Translations under genes and position numbers: made by a program | The notes under the pieces: generated by a model | What the model was told of the DNA's origin: nothing | What the model saw: only the letters and a program-made list of their open reading frames with translations | Databases searched by the model: none | Shown here: in pieces, positions 39,390 to 49,009 of the stretch | How the letters are laid out: every line of letters begins with the position of its first letter | Position numbering within the stretch: position 1 is the first letter of the stretch | From: Candidatus Foliamicus sp. | Lineage (GTDB): Bacteria; Pseudomonadota; Gammaproteobacteria; Steroidobacterales; Foliamicaceae | Direction of reading: 5' to 3' | Assembly: GCA_965249285.1 (NCBI GenBank) | Contig: OZ252226.1 | Span: 1,346,891 to 1,410,890, forward strand | Length of the DNA: 64,000 bases

Positions 39390-40520
39390 TCAATGGAAAA
39401 TAGGCAACCCGTCCTCAAGCGCGAGAATCAGGTTCCGCGGTTCGTAGGGTTTGCTGCCGGGATTGCCGGCGAAGCGCTTGCCGATCGCTTCGGCAACGCT
39501 GCTATGCGCGCACTCACCCGGCACGAGATCAACCTCGCGACGAATGTCGCCGCTCTGCTTGGGACCGATCTCCCGGGCGTACGGACGCACACGCAGAAGA
39601 CGCAGGGCCTGGTATCCGGCCGAAAAGGGATCTTCCAGCCTGCCCTGGTCCGCTGCTGGGGGCGTCATTCCCGCAATCGCGCCGGCAAATTCGAGGCCCT
39701 GACTGGCGGCTAGGCCGGCCATCCAGGCCAGCGCGATACTCGATAGTCCGGTGTCCCGGTAACCGCCGCCGATATTCGAATGCACGCCCGCAAACCAGGC
39801 CTGCTGGATGGCCTGGCCGTTAACCGGGGCGCCGGTCCACAAGACAGGCTGAAACGGCCGCCGACGCTCATCAACAGCCAGTGCTTGATAAGCGTGTTCT
39901 ACGTCCTTGCCCAAGTGCGTATTGTGAAAAGACACCCGGTTGCGGGTTAGACGGCCCAACAGAGGCGTAGGGGCGCCCAGCGCACCGACCGTGTCCCACA
40001 CGCCGATGAACCTGATGGGAATCGGGTTCCTTGACGGCTCGCCCACTTCCTTGAGGCGCCGCTCAACCATGGAGCCGGCGCGCATGTTCGGGGGCAGCCG
40101 GTAGAGTGAATATGCTTCCGGCAGGAGTCTCAGGTTTTCCTTCCTGAGCAACCCGACAACGCCGATAAACCCCGCCAGCGAGCGCACCGTGTAGGCGCCG
40201 CGGCTGAATCCGAACAGAAAGAGCTCGTCTCCCTCGTGATAGTTATTCGCGATAAAGCGATAGGCCTGGCGGATATTCGCCGACATGCCGCTTCCCAGGC
40301 CGCCGCCGATGTACTTGTCAGCCACGCCTTGGGTGCCTACGCCCGTGTCGTAATACACCACCTGCGGGACCTGGTTGCCGTCCACCGGAGCAAGTCCGCG
40401 GACGACCTTCAGGACATTTGTGGGCTCGGTCTCGTCGGCGACATTACCGTCAACGCTCTGATCCGGTTCGTTCCAGGTGCCATCGCAGCAGATCACCAGG
40501 CGCTTGTTGCCTTTCTGCAC
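39390..40520 (-). CDS. DUF2235 (Tle1-like alpha/beta hydrolase) protein
   Basis: CCDGTWN, PTNV, FGFSRGAY, GVWDTVG, VDERR, WFAGVHSNIGGG. Confidence 0.9.
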   Translation of the reverse strand: MQKGNKRLVICCDGTWNEPDQSVDGNVADETEPTNVLKVVRGLAPVDGNQVPQVVYYDTGVGTQGVADKYIGGGLGSGMSANIRQAYRFIANNYHEGDELFLFGFSRGAYTVRSLAGFIGVVGLLRKENLRLLPEAYSLYRLPPNMRAGSMVERRLKEVGEPSRNPIPIRFIGVWDTVGALGAPTPLLGRLTRNRVSFHNTHLGKDVEHAYQALAVDERRRPFQPVLWTGAPVNGQAIQQAWFAGVHSNIGGGYRDTGLSSIALAWMAGLAASQGLEFAGAIAGMTPPAADQGRLEDPFSAGYQALRLLRVRPYAREIGPKQSGDIRREVDLVPGECAHSSVAEAIGKRFAGNPGSKPYEPRNLILALEDGLPIFH

Positions 40521-40653
40521 GTAACATCCCTCCGTTCTCCAAGCCCCCGTGCATGCGCGCTATCCAAAATGTGTAACAGCGCCGATCATACCGGAACAAG
40601 GAACTAAAATACTCGCGAATGACCTCCAAGAAGCCGAAGGTAAAGTGATAGTC

Positions 40654-42234
40654 ATGAGGTTCATGACCTTACAGTCGCTTGTTGCTCTGCTGCTGCTGAT
40701 CCCCCTTGAAGCGCCTGATTTGCAGGCGGGCGGGCTGCGGCGCGGAACCAACGTCGAATTAACTTCTTTCGACCCTCAGTACGTCATCGGCAACTCTGCC
40801 GGGGCAATCATGTATGACCTCTTCGAGGGCTTGGTCACCCGCACGCCGGACGGAACCGTTGTGCCGGCTATTGCAGAAAGCTGGAGCATTTCGGAGGATG
40901 GAACGGTCTATACGTTCCATCTGAACAAGAAAGCGAAATGGTCAGACGGAAAGCCGATTACCGCACAGGACTTTGTCTATTCGTTCAAGCGCATTCTTGA
41001 TCCCAAGTCCGGAACACGGGGAGCGAGTGCGCTGTTTCCTGTCCTGAACGCCTCGTCGATTTCCTTGGGCGAAGAACCCGTCGATTCACTGGGCGTCAAG
41101 GCAATTTCTCCTACAACGCTGGAAATAAAACTGCATGGTCCGGCACCCTATTTCATCAATTTACTGGCCTCTTACAGCAATGCACCCGTTCCTCAGCAGG
41201 TCATCGAGAAATATGGAAGGAAGTGGACGCAACCCGCCAATATGGTGACCAATGGCGCTTATGTGCTCAACAAGGTAGTCACCAATACCTACTATCAATT
41301 GGTGAAGAACCCCTACTACCACGGCGCGCACAAAGTCACGATCGATGAGGTCTTTTACTACCCCGTTCCTTCTCCTACTACTTCATTGAAACGATACCAG
41401 GCTGGAGAGTTGGATGTGATTCTCAATATCCCCTCGAACCAGTATGAGAATTTGCAGAAAACCAGACCCGATGAATTCCACCTCGCGCGCGGAATCGGCC
41501 TGGGCTACCTGGCAATCAACAACACACGACCTCCCTTTAATGACCTGAGAGTGCGCAAAGCGCTGTCCTTGTCCATTGATCGCGACGTCATTGTCAACAA
41601 ACTGCTTAAGACCGGAGATGAGCCGGCCTATTCGATCATCCCGACGGCGATCTGGGGGAGTGCCGGCGAGCCTCCCGCGAACAGCAGGAAAACCCAGGAA
41701 GAGCGCTGGGCAGAAGCCAGAAGGCTGCTGAACGAGGCAGGTTTCGACAGGGTCAACCCGCTTCGATTCACCTTCAATTTTTCGCCCGTGGAAAAAGACC
41801 GCCGCCTGGCGGTAGCCTACCGCTCCATGTGGAAGCAAGCGGGTGTTGAAGCCGAGCTGGAGACTGCAGGCTCCAGGGACCTGATGAAGAGAGCCGCTTC
41901 CAAGGAATACGAGGTGATGCGGCTGACTTACTACGCAATCTTTTCCGACCCCGTATCGTTCTTTGCGCTAATACGAGGGGACAGCTTCAGGAACTATTCC
42001 GGTTATTCCAACCCCGATATCAATGAACGATTGGTTATAGCCGATACCATCAGATCAGCAGACGAACGCAATGCATACCTTAGAGACATTGAGCGGCGGG
42101 TCATGCAGGACTTTCCCGTAATACCCACCTATTTCCAATCCAGAGCCTTCCTGGTGAGCAAACGCGTGCAGGGCTGGAGCAACACTTACACTCCCAAGAT
42201 GGCGAAGGACTTAAGTATTCGCGACGACCTTTAG
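40654..42234 (+). CDS. oppA: Peptide ABC transporter substrate-binding protein (OppA-like)
   Basis: LFEGLV, AESWSISEDGTVYTFHL, WSDGKPITAQDF, NGAY. Confidence 0.9.
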   Translation: MRFMTLQSLVALLLLIPLEAPDLQAGGLRRGTNVELTSFDPQYVIGNSAGAIMYDLFEGLVTRTPDGTVVPAIAESWSISEDGTVYTFHLNKKAKWSDGKPITAQDFVYSFKRILDPKSGTRGASALFPVLNASSISLGEEPVDSLGVKAISPTTLEIKLHGPAPYFINLLASYSNAPVPQQVIEKYGRKWTQPANMVTNGAYVLNKVVTNTYYQLVKNPYYHGAHKVTIDEVFYYPVPSPTTSLKRYQAGELDVILNIPSNQYENLQKTRPDEFHLARGIGLGYLAINNTRPPFNDLRVRKALSLSIDRDVIVNKLLKTGDEPAYSIIPTAIWGSAGEPPANSRKTQEERWAEARRLLNEAGFDRVNPLRFTFNFSPVEKDRRLAVAYRSMWKQAGVEAELETAGSRDLMKRAASKEYEVMRLTYYAIFSDPVSFFALIRGDSFRNYSGYSNPDINERLVIADTIRSADERNAYLRDIERRVMQDFPVIPTYFQSRAFLVSKRVQGWSNTYTPKMAKDLSIRDDL

Positions 42235-42255
42235 AGAAGACAGGGGAAATACAAA

Positions 42256-43185
42256 TTGGACAATGACGCAACAGGGCGGCGCGATACCGCCAAATTGAAC
42301 GACTTGGATGAAGGCGATCTGTTTCTGGCTTTGAATGAAATCGACCAGAACAATATAGATTTCAGGAAAGGTATTGCGGGGCTATGCCGGATAGTTCACT
42401 ACGACCGGGATTTCAACCCGAAAGGGGAACTCTGGACCGGTGAATCGGGGTTACTCGTTGGCTTGTTGTATAACCCGAACGACCAGCGCCTCTACGCTAC
42501 GAACCCGCAGCAGAACAGTCTCCTTGCCTACGATTCGGCCGGCGGGAAACACCGCTTGACGAGTTACCTGCCCGTCCGACGGTACGGGAATATGGCGCTC
42601 GCCCGGAACGGCGACATTGTCATTGGCGTTCATTCACTGTACGGCGCACCGCCCGAGGATCAATATGGAGATGGCAAGCTGATACGCTTCAACCCCGAGA
42701 CCGAGATGGTCAATTTCCACGACGTAGAGATCGACGGTGGACGCAGCGGTAGGCACTGTATCAGCAACCTGACCATAGGGCCTGACGATAAGACCATCTA
42801 CTATGTTTCTGAGGCAGGCAGACGCCTGTGCAGGTACGACACGGAAACCCAGCAACAGCTTTCTGATTTCATCACGTTTGCAAAAGACGACGCAATGAAA
42901 ACCTATGGCATGGGTATGCTTCCCGGTGGTGAAGTGCTGATGGCATGCAGCTCAGGCGCCGTCCTCTTCAGTTCGGAGGGAGAAATCCTCAAGAACTACG
43001 ACGTGCCATTCAAGAAGGGCTGGACACGCGCCAAGCTGGCCCTGGACGGCAAGCACTTTTATCTGAGCAACTTCTCACAAGGGCTCCTTCAACGCAGAGA
43101 CATAGAATCGGGAGAGGTCGTAAGCGAGTTGAACACCGGACTGAAATGCTCGATGCTAAGCCTGTCGGAATATCAAGCCAGTTAA
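42256..43185 (+). CDS. Hypothetical beta-propeller protein
   Basis: Paralogue of 34928-35869 (GDLFL...HYDRDFNPKG...RYD...QLSD). Confidence 0.65.
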   Translation: MDNDATGRRDTAKLNDLDEGDLFLALNEIDQNNIDFRKGIAGLCRIVHYDRDFNPKGELWTGESGLLVGLLYNPNDQRLYATNPQQNSLLAYDSAGGKHRLTSYLPVRRYGNMALARNGDIVIGVHSLYGAPPEDQYGDGKLIRFNPETEMVNFHDVEIDGGRSGRHCISNLTIGPDDKTIYYVSEAGRRLCRYDTETQQQLSDFITFAKDDAMKTYGMGMLPGGEVLMACSSGAVLFSSEGEILKNYDVPFKKGWTRAKLALDGKHFYLSNFSQGLLQRRDIESGEVVSELNTGLKCSMLSLSEYQAS

Positions 43186-43189
43186 CCAA

Positions 43190-44605
43190 TCAAGAATTTT
43201 CGATTGGAATCAAGTTTTCACCAACAAACTGACCAAACGCCAATGCGGGCGTGATTCCCATCCCCGCGACCGCCGCGGCGCCGAAGAGTCCTCCTCCCAG
43301 AATTTCACCCGCCGCGTATAAGTTGCGGATGGGGCTGTCGCTCTTGTCGAGCACTCTAAATTGCGTATCAACTCTAATGCCGATATTGCCTCGCACCGCG
43401 TAGCTGGCAATTTCGACGGCAAAAAAGGGCCGGGCTTCGATCTTCTGCGGAAAATGCTTTCGCCCAAACTCATCCTTGCCGGTGTCACACGCATCGTTGT
43501 ATTCCTCAACGGTTTTGGCCAAGGCTGCTTTGTCCGTTATTCCACAGCTCTTGGCAAGCTCATCGAGGGTTGAGCCCTTCTTCACTGTGCGTCCATTGTT
43601 GTACAGCTTCTCTAGCGTTTCACCGGACCAGCGCAAGAAAACACTGGGTGCGTTCTCCCGGATTGCCTCGTCAAAGACCAGCCAGGCGCGATTCTCCGTT
43701 TGCCGGCGCAGATTAGTCGCTCTGTACTCATAGCTCTCGTGGTCTTCGGCCATGAACCTGCGCCCTTCCTGGTTGATCAGGATCTCCCAGGGAAGCCTCA
43801 CTTGCGGCGTTAGACCGCCAATCCCGCAATAGCGAGGATATTGCGTCGTGCTGTCATAAATTGCTCCCATGCCCAGGGAAAAATTCTCCTCGTTCCAGGT
43901 AGCTGCGCCAATCTCCATTGCCGCCTTGATCCCGTCACCTCTGGAGTGCTCCCAGGTTCCCGGATAGAGGGTCACGCCGGGATGCATTTGCTCGTAGAAC
44001 TCTTTATTTCCGGAGTAACCTCCAGTCGTAAGAAAGGTACTGTTGGCGAGAATTCGTTCCCCGCTCTCGGTCGAGACGCCCAGCACGCCGCCATTGCCGT
44101 CGCGTGCTATCTTGCACATCGCCGTGTTCAATCGAACGGTCACCGAACCGTCGTCAACAAAACGTTGCAAGAGCTTGAAGAGCACCTTGCATATGGACTG
44201 CCCTCGCTCATTGCCCCAATACAGGCGAGCTGCCGAGTAGGGTTCGTGCGCGTACAGGATTCCCGGAACTTCGGGGGCCATTTCTAAGCCGTTTTCTTCC
44301 AGCCAGTCGATCAACGGCCCCTGAATTCTTGTCGCCAGTCGCAAGAAGTCATCTTTCGCGGTGCCCTTGGTAATGCGCACCGCGTCTTCGTAGTGGTCCT
44401 GCCAGGAATCTTCAATGCCCTTTTCCGCCTGAATCCTGGTGCCGGCTCCACTCATCTGCCCCCAACTGATCGCGCAAGTACCGCCAAGAGCGCCGGTGGC
44501 TTCCAGGATGCATACCTTTCCGCCACGCCCCGCGACAGCAATGGCAGCAGGTATCCCAGCCGTCCCCCCACCGACTATGACAACATCAAAACTCGCTGAA
44601 TTCAT
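43190..44605 (-). CDS. FAD_binding_2 flavoprotein (flavocytochrome c / KstD / TcuA-like)
   Basis: VGGGTAG, TTGGY, GDGI, INQEGRRF, NLYAAGE. Confidence 0.82.
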   Translation of the reverse strand: MNSASFDVVIVGGGTAGIPAAIAVAGRGGKVCILEATGALGGTCAISWGQMSGAGTRIQAEKGIEDSWQDHYEDAVRITKGTAKDDFLRLATRIQGPLIDWLEENGLEMAPEVPGILYAHEPYSAARLYWGNERGQSICKVLFKLLQRFVDDGSVTVRLNTAMCKIARDGNGGVLGVSTESGERILANSTFLTTGGYSGNKEFYEQMHPGVTLYPGTWEHSRGDGIKAAMEIGAATWNEENFSLGMGAIYDSTTQYPRYCGIGGLTPQVRLPWEILINQEGRRFMAEDHESYEYRATNLRRQTENRAWLVFDEAIRENAPSVFLRWSGETLEKLYNNGRTVKKGSTLDELAKSCGITDKAALAKTVEEYNDACDTGKDEFGRKHFPQKIEARPFFAVEIASYAVRGNIGIRVDTQFRVLDKSDSPIRNLYAAGEILGGGLFGAAAVAGMGITPALAFGQFVGENLIPIENS

Positions 44606-46010
44606 TGATAGTTCGCGGGTAGCCCTTTTGCGTCATAAGCGCCTTCTTGCGAAAGAATCGTAACAGCCCTGCAGGTCCCATGCGAGAAGCGCCAAGGCCC
44701 GAATTGTTAAATCCGTGCTTTTCGCACTCGGTCGTAATGGACTGCAAACCCGCGTCGTTGATACTCATCCCGCCACAATTTATTCTGCGAGCAATGCTCA
44801 TCGCCTCGTCATCCGTTCCTGCGAACACGGCAGCCGACAAACCATAGTCACTGTCATTGCTGAGTTCGATACCTTCCTCGGCATCCGAAAACTTCATTAC
44901 CGGAATAATTGGACCAAAGGTCTCCTCGATCATGATCTTCATGCGGTGATTGACATCGCTTAACACGGTGGTCTGGCACCAATTCCCACCACCCAAATTC
45001 TCGATTTTTCCGCCGCAATGGACCTTGGCGCCGCCGGCCTGAGCGTCGGCCAGGTGCTCTTCAATAACAGCTGCCTGACCCGCACGAATCAGCGGGCCTA
45101 TATGTCCCTCATGTATATCGGGATAGTTGAGCCGCACCTGCTCGGCCTTGGCCACCAATACGTCCAGGAACTCGTCATAAACCCCTTCTTGAACATAGAC
45201 ACGCTCCAGAGACAAACAAACCTGGCCGCTGTTGATGACGCTTTGGCGCAAAATGGCATCCGTCGCTCGTTCCAGATCAGCCCCTTCCATAACCATCGCC
45301 GGATCCTTACCACCCAGTTCCAGGTAGGCGGGAATAAAGCGCTTGCCGGCAACGGCCGCAACCTCGCGTCCGGTAGCCACACTGCCGGTAAAGCTGACCA
45401 AATCCACTTTCTCCACCAATGCCGCACCGGTTTCGCCATCTCCGGGCAAGATCCGAAAGACACGAGCCAGTTCCGGCACGGCCTCGACACTTTCTTGCAA
45501 CGGTTCAATGAAACGCGGCGTAATTTCGCTGGGCTTCAGGGCAACGCTGCAGCCCGCAAACAGAGCCGGCAAGGCATCGATCAAAGACAGAGTCAAGGGG
45601 AAATTCCAAGGGCTAATGACGCCGACGGCACTGAAAGGGACATACTGATTGGTGAATACAACATCGCTGTTCACCTTGGATACTTGCTCACTTACGACCA
45701 GCAGGTCCGGTACTCTTGTACACCATGCCTCAATTCTTCTGCGCACCCCCAGCACTTCGTTGCGCGAAATCGCGTAACGCCCCGTGTCCGTTACAAGGGC
45801 CTCAAGCAGCGCCTCTCTTCGCTCTTCAACCGCTGTGGCCCATTGGCGCAGGATTTCGCTTCTACCCTCGATTCCCAGCGAGTTCCATGCTGCCTGGTGT
45901 TCGCGCATACCAGCAACCTCCCGGTCAACGCCACCCTCGGACAAGGCTTTGAATTCATAGTCGAACACGCCGGTTCGCGGGTTGCGTACATGAATTGCCC
46001 TGTCTTTCAT
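44586..46010 (-). CDS. Aldehyde dehydrogenase
   Basis: SPWNFP, FTGS, LELGGKDP, NSGQVC, EETFGP. Confidence 0.93.
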   Translation of the reverse strand: MKDRAIHVRNPRTGVFDYEFKALSEGGVDREVAGMREHQAAWNSLGIEGRSEILRQWATAVEERREALLEALVTDTGRYAISRNEVLGVRRRIEAWCTRVPDLLVVSEQVSKVNSDVVFTNQYVPFSAVGVISPWNFPLTLSLIDALPALFAGCSVALKPSEITPRFIEPLQESVEAVPELARVFRILPGDGETGAALVEKVDLVSFTGSVATGREVAAVAGKRFIPAYLELGGKDPAMVMEGADLERATDAILRQSVINSGQVCLSLERVYVQEGVYDEFLDVLVAKAEQVRLNYPDIHEGHIGPLIRAGQAAVIEEHLADAQAGGAKVHCGGKIENLGGGNWCQTTVLSDVNHRMKIMIEETFGPIIPVMKFSDAEEGIELSNDSDYGLSAAVFAGTDDEAMSIARRINCGGMSINDAGLQSITTECEKHGFNNSGLGASRMGPAGLLRFFRKKALMTQKGYPRTINEFSEF

Positions 46011-46179
46011 AGCGCAGCTCTTGAGAAATTCCGCGAGCGTACCCGCGTCAGCCACCGACGATGTCAAAGGGGTCAGAAGCCATCGATATGACCGTATTTG
46101 AGACTATGACGTGTATCATATCAACTCGACACCAGGGCGAAGTCCAAGTCATCCGGTACCACCCGCCAGGAAAACGTGC

Positions 46180-47322
46180 ATGTTGATCAACAACTGGTAC
46201 GTTGCCGCTACCGAGAACGACGTCAAAGCAGGCAAGCCTTACCGGGTGAAGATGCTCGGCCAATGGTTCGCGTTATACCGCAACAACGCAGATAAAGTAA
46301 TTTGCGTAAACGACACCTGTTCCCACCGGGGCGGGTCGCTTGGCCTTGGCAGAGTCAATAACGGACGGCTCGCCTGCAGCTATCACGGCTGGGAATACAA
46401 CAGCACCGGCAGATGCACGCGGATTCCTGCACTTGGCGATGACATCAAGATCCCCAAGCGTGCGCGTGTCGATTGCTACCCGGTCCACATACGCTACGGC
46501 TGGATTTGGGTATTCCTCGGCGACCTGCCGGAAGAAAAACGCCCCCCTATTCCCGATAATTATCCGTACTACGACGAAGCGATGAAGAGCCGGGAGAAGT
46601 GGGGAATCGTACATCTGAATTACGATGTGCAATGCAACTGGGCGCGGAGCGAGGAGAACTCAATCGACGGGGCTCACCCCACATTCGTGCACTCCGCTTT
46701 CGGCAACAAGCGGGACCCCAGGCTGATGATCGTGGAGCCCGTTGCTCATGAGTGGGGCAGCAGTACCTACCGTGAACGGCCACCGGCGGAATATGCCAAC
46801 CTGAGCAAGATGACGAAACAAGTCATTGAGAAGAAGCGCGGCAACAACAAGGCCTACACCTGGTTCAGCATTGTTGGCGTTTCACATCTGATTGACATAG
46901 AACGCAGCAACGGAGTCCGTCATGTCACATTGGCCGCCCGCACCCCGATCGATGCCGACAATACACGTATATTCAGCCACCAGGTGCGTAACTTTCTGCC
47001 CGGCCCCGAACACGATGAAGAACGGCTCCAGGGCCGCATCAATGCGGCGAACGAAGACACGGTTGTATCACAGAATGTCAACCCCAGGTATCTGCCCAGG
47101 ACGATGTCCGGCGAATTGCTGGTAGAGTCGGACCAGAACGAGGCTCCCTTCCGCAGGCTGATCTACAAACTGGCCAAGCGGGGCTGGGAGATTGATATCG
47201 ACGAAGTGGCAAACCAGTCACGCTATAACGCCTTGGCAATTCCATGTCCGCAACGTCGCAAGGATCCCAGGAACTGGACGGCCAAACCGATTCCTACCAC
47301 CTATCCCCGAGAGCAGGACTAA
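46180..47322 (+). CDS. Rieske non-heme iron oxygenase, alpha subunit (VanA/PAO-like)
   Basis: CSHRG...CSYHGW Rieske motif; ENSIDGAHPTFVH and NED iron site. Confidence 0.9.
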   Translation: MLINNWYVAATENDVKAGKPYRVKMLGQWFALYRNNADKVICVNDTCSHRGGSLGLGRVNNGRLACSYHGWEYNSTGRCTRIPALGDDIKIPKRARVDCYPVHIRYGWIWVFLGDLPEEKRPPIPDNYPYYDEAMKSREKWGIVHLNYDVQCNWARSEENSIDGAHPTFVHSAFGNKRDPRLMIVEPVAHEWGSSTYRERPPAEYANLSKMTKQVIEKKRGNNKAYTWFSIVGVSHLIDIERSNGVRHVTLAARTPIDADNTRIFSHQVRNFLPGPEHDEERLQGRINAANEDTVVSQNVNPRYLPRTMSGELLVESDQNEAPFRRLIYKLAKRGWEIDIDEVANQSRYNALAIPCPQRRKDPRNWTAKPIPTTYPREQD

Positions 47323-47389
47323 TGTCGTGCCACGCGGGCACATTCGCATCACAGCGCTTACCTGCGAGACCCACGGGTCTGCTTGTACG

Positions 47390-47758
47390 CTATACGGGGT
47401 GACTGGCCAGCTTTTCCTGTAACTTGCGGTAGTTCTCTTCGCGCTGCTCGAGGGATTCATCCTGAAGGTCTTCCTGCAATATGCGTAGCATACGATCGAG
47501 AAAGGCTTGTCTCCAGGCTTCGCGCTGTGCCTCCACCTGGTCATTGGGAACATAGCTCTCCAGATCATCCAGATTAACCACGCCCTTGCCGGCAAGTACT
47601 CGGGCCAGGGTGTCGTATCGGTCATACACAACGGAGACTTCCGCCGAAACCGCGACCAGCATGCTCAGCATGCGTTCCAGATGTCGGTTACCCAATGCAA
47701 AGGGCCTGACACCCTTGGGCGCCCTGGGGCGCGGCTTGAAATCTTCTTTATTTGCCAC
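47390..47758 (-). CDS. Small hypothetical protein, partner of the methyltransferase
   Basis: RAPKGVRP...LSMLVAVSAEVSVVYDRYDTLARVL. Confidence 0.6.
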   Translation of the reverse strand: MANKEDFKPRPRAPKGVRPFALGNRHLERMLSMLVAVSAEVSVVYDRYDTLARVLAGKGVVNLDDLESYVPNDQVEAQREAWRQAFLDRMLRILQEDLQDESLEQREENYRKLQEKLASHPV

Positions 47759-47786
47759 CTTAAGGGTACCGTCTATTCTGTCGGGC

Positions 47787-48914
47787 TCATTTGCGGGCGC
47801 CGAAACCCCACCAGCCGTCACCTTTCCTGTAAACGCCGGTCGGCGCCTGGGAATATACCGGCCGATCAAAAACTCGATCCTCATCAAAGCCGGCTTGCGC
47901 GGCCAGAGCCTTGACATCGGTCCGGGCCAGGATCCCCCAGAAAGGCTCGTTGTTATTCCAACTGTCCCAATTGGCCAGAAACTGCTTGAAGGGCGTATCG
48001 CGTCGTACCGGCACCTCTACATGCAGAAACAGGCCGCCCGGCTTCAATACCCGCTTCACTTCACGCAGGATGTTGAGAATCGCCTGGCGAGAGGTTTCAT
48101 GGAACAGGATGTGCGAAACAACCAACTCGAAGCGGTTGTCCTCAAATTTCATGCATTCTGCGTTCTGTTGCGAGAAATGAACCCGTTTGCCCATGGATTC
48201 CGCTCGAGCGTGGGCATATCGCAACTGCGGCGCACCGAGGTCAATGGCATGAACCACAGCGTCCGGGTAGGCAACAACGTAGGGCACCGTGCTGTTGCCC
48301 GACATGCAGCCAAGATCCAGAATTTTCCCGGGGCTCAAGTCGGGAAAGTTTTCCTTCACAAACTTTGCCCCGCTTACGCCCTTGTCTTCGTTGTATCTTC
48401 CGCGCAGTCCGCGACTGTATGCGTAGGAACCAATATCGGCGCGGGCGCCGGCATACACATCATCCTCGCCCAGCTCCTCGTAATAGGACAATGGCACACA
48501 GTGCTGGTGGGATTCTTTCTGGTAATAGGGAATTTCCAGTCCAGGGTCCAACTCAAGACTGCCCAGTTTCGCTTCGTCGGCGATCTTTCGAAATTTCCGC
48601 ACCAATTCAGGCAACTGGCGTTCAACGATACTTCCGGTGCAGTCAACATACTGCTCTTGCTGGGAACGGGAAAGCGCAGTCCACATCTGATAGAACTCCT
48701 GCTGTTCCATCACTTCCCGCACTTCTTCGGGCGTGGCGGGTTCCCGTCCATGCTCATTGACGAATGCCGGCTTGGCGTCCCGCTCGTAGATCACTTCATT
48801 GCCTGCCGCCAGCCCTCTACGGGTTGCGCCACTCAACGACACGAAAAAGCTCAGCCTCGATTGCTCCTCCTGAGATATCTCCGGCAAGATGGCGTGGGGG
48901 CCCGGTTTCTTCAT
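47787..48914 (-). CDS. Class I SAM-dependent methyltransferase
   Basis: ILDLGCMSG, IDLGAPQLRY, SHILFHE, LKPGG, NNEPFW. Confidence 0.88.
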   Translation of the reverse strand: MKKPGPHAILPEISQEEQSRLSFFVSLSGATRRGLAAGNEVIYERDAKPAFVNEHGREPATPEEVREVMEQQEFYQMWTALSRSQQEQYVDCTGSIVERQLPELVRKFRKIADEAKLGSLELDPGLEIPYYQKESHQHCVPLSYYEELGEDDVYAGARADIGSYAYSRGLRGRYNEDKGVSGAKFVKENFPDLSPGKILDLGCMSGNSTVPYVVAYPDAVVHAIDLGAPQLRYAHARAESMGKRVHFSQQNAECMKFEDNRFELVVSHILFHETSRQAILNILREVKRVLKPGGLFLHVEVPVRRDTPFKQFLANWDSWNNNEPFWGILARTDVKALAAQAGFDEDRVFDRPVYSQAPTGVYRKGDGWWGFGARK

Positions 48915-49009
48915 GATTCTCCCTCTGGAATTTACCTCTCAAACATTCTCGTCATTTGCAGCGTTTTCATTATAGTTCCAGGCTCCGCAACTGCTCTCAA
49001 CCGTAAGAA

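Noticed and set aside
39390-40520. T6SS Tle1 effector
   Set aside because: A DUF2235 domain is present, but there is no vgrG, PAAR or immunity gene nearby.
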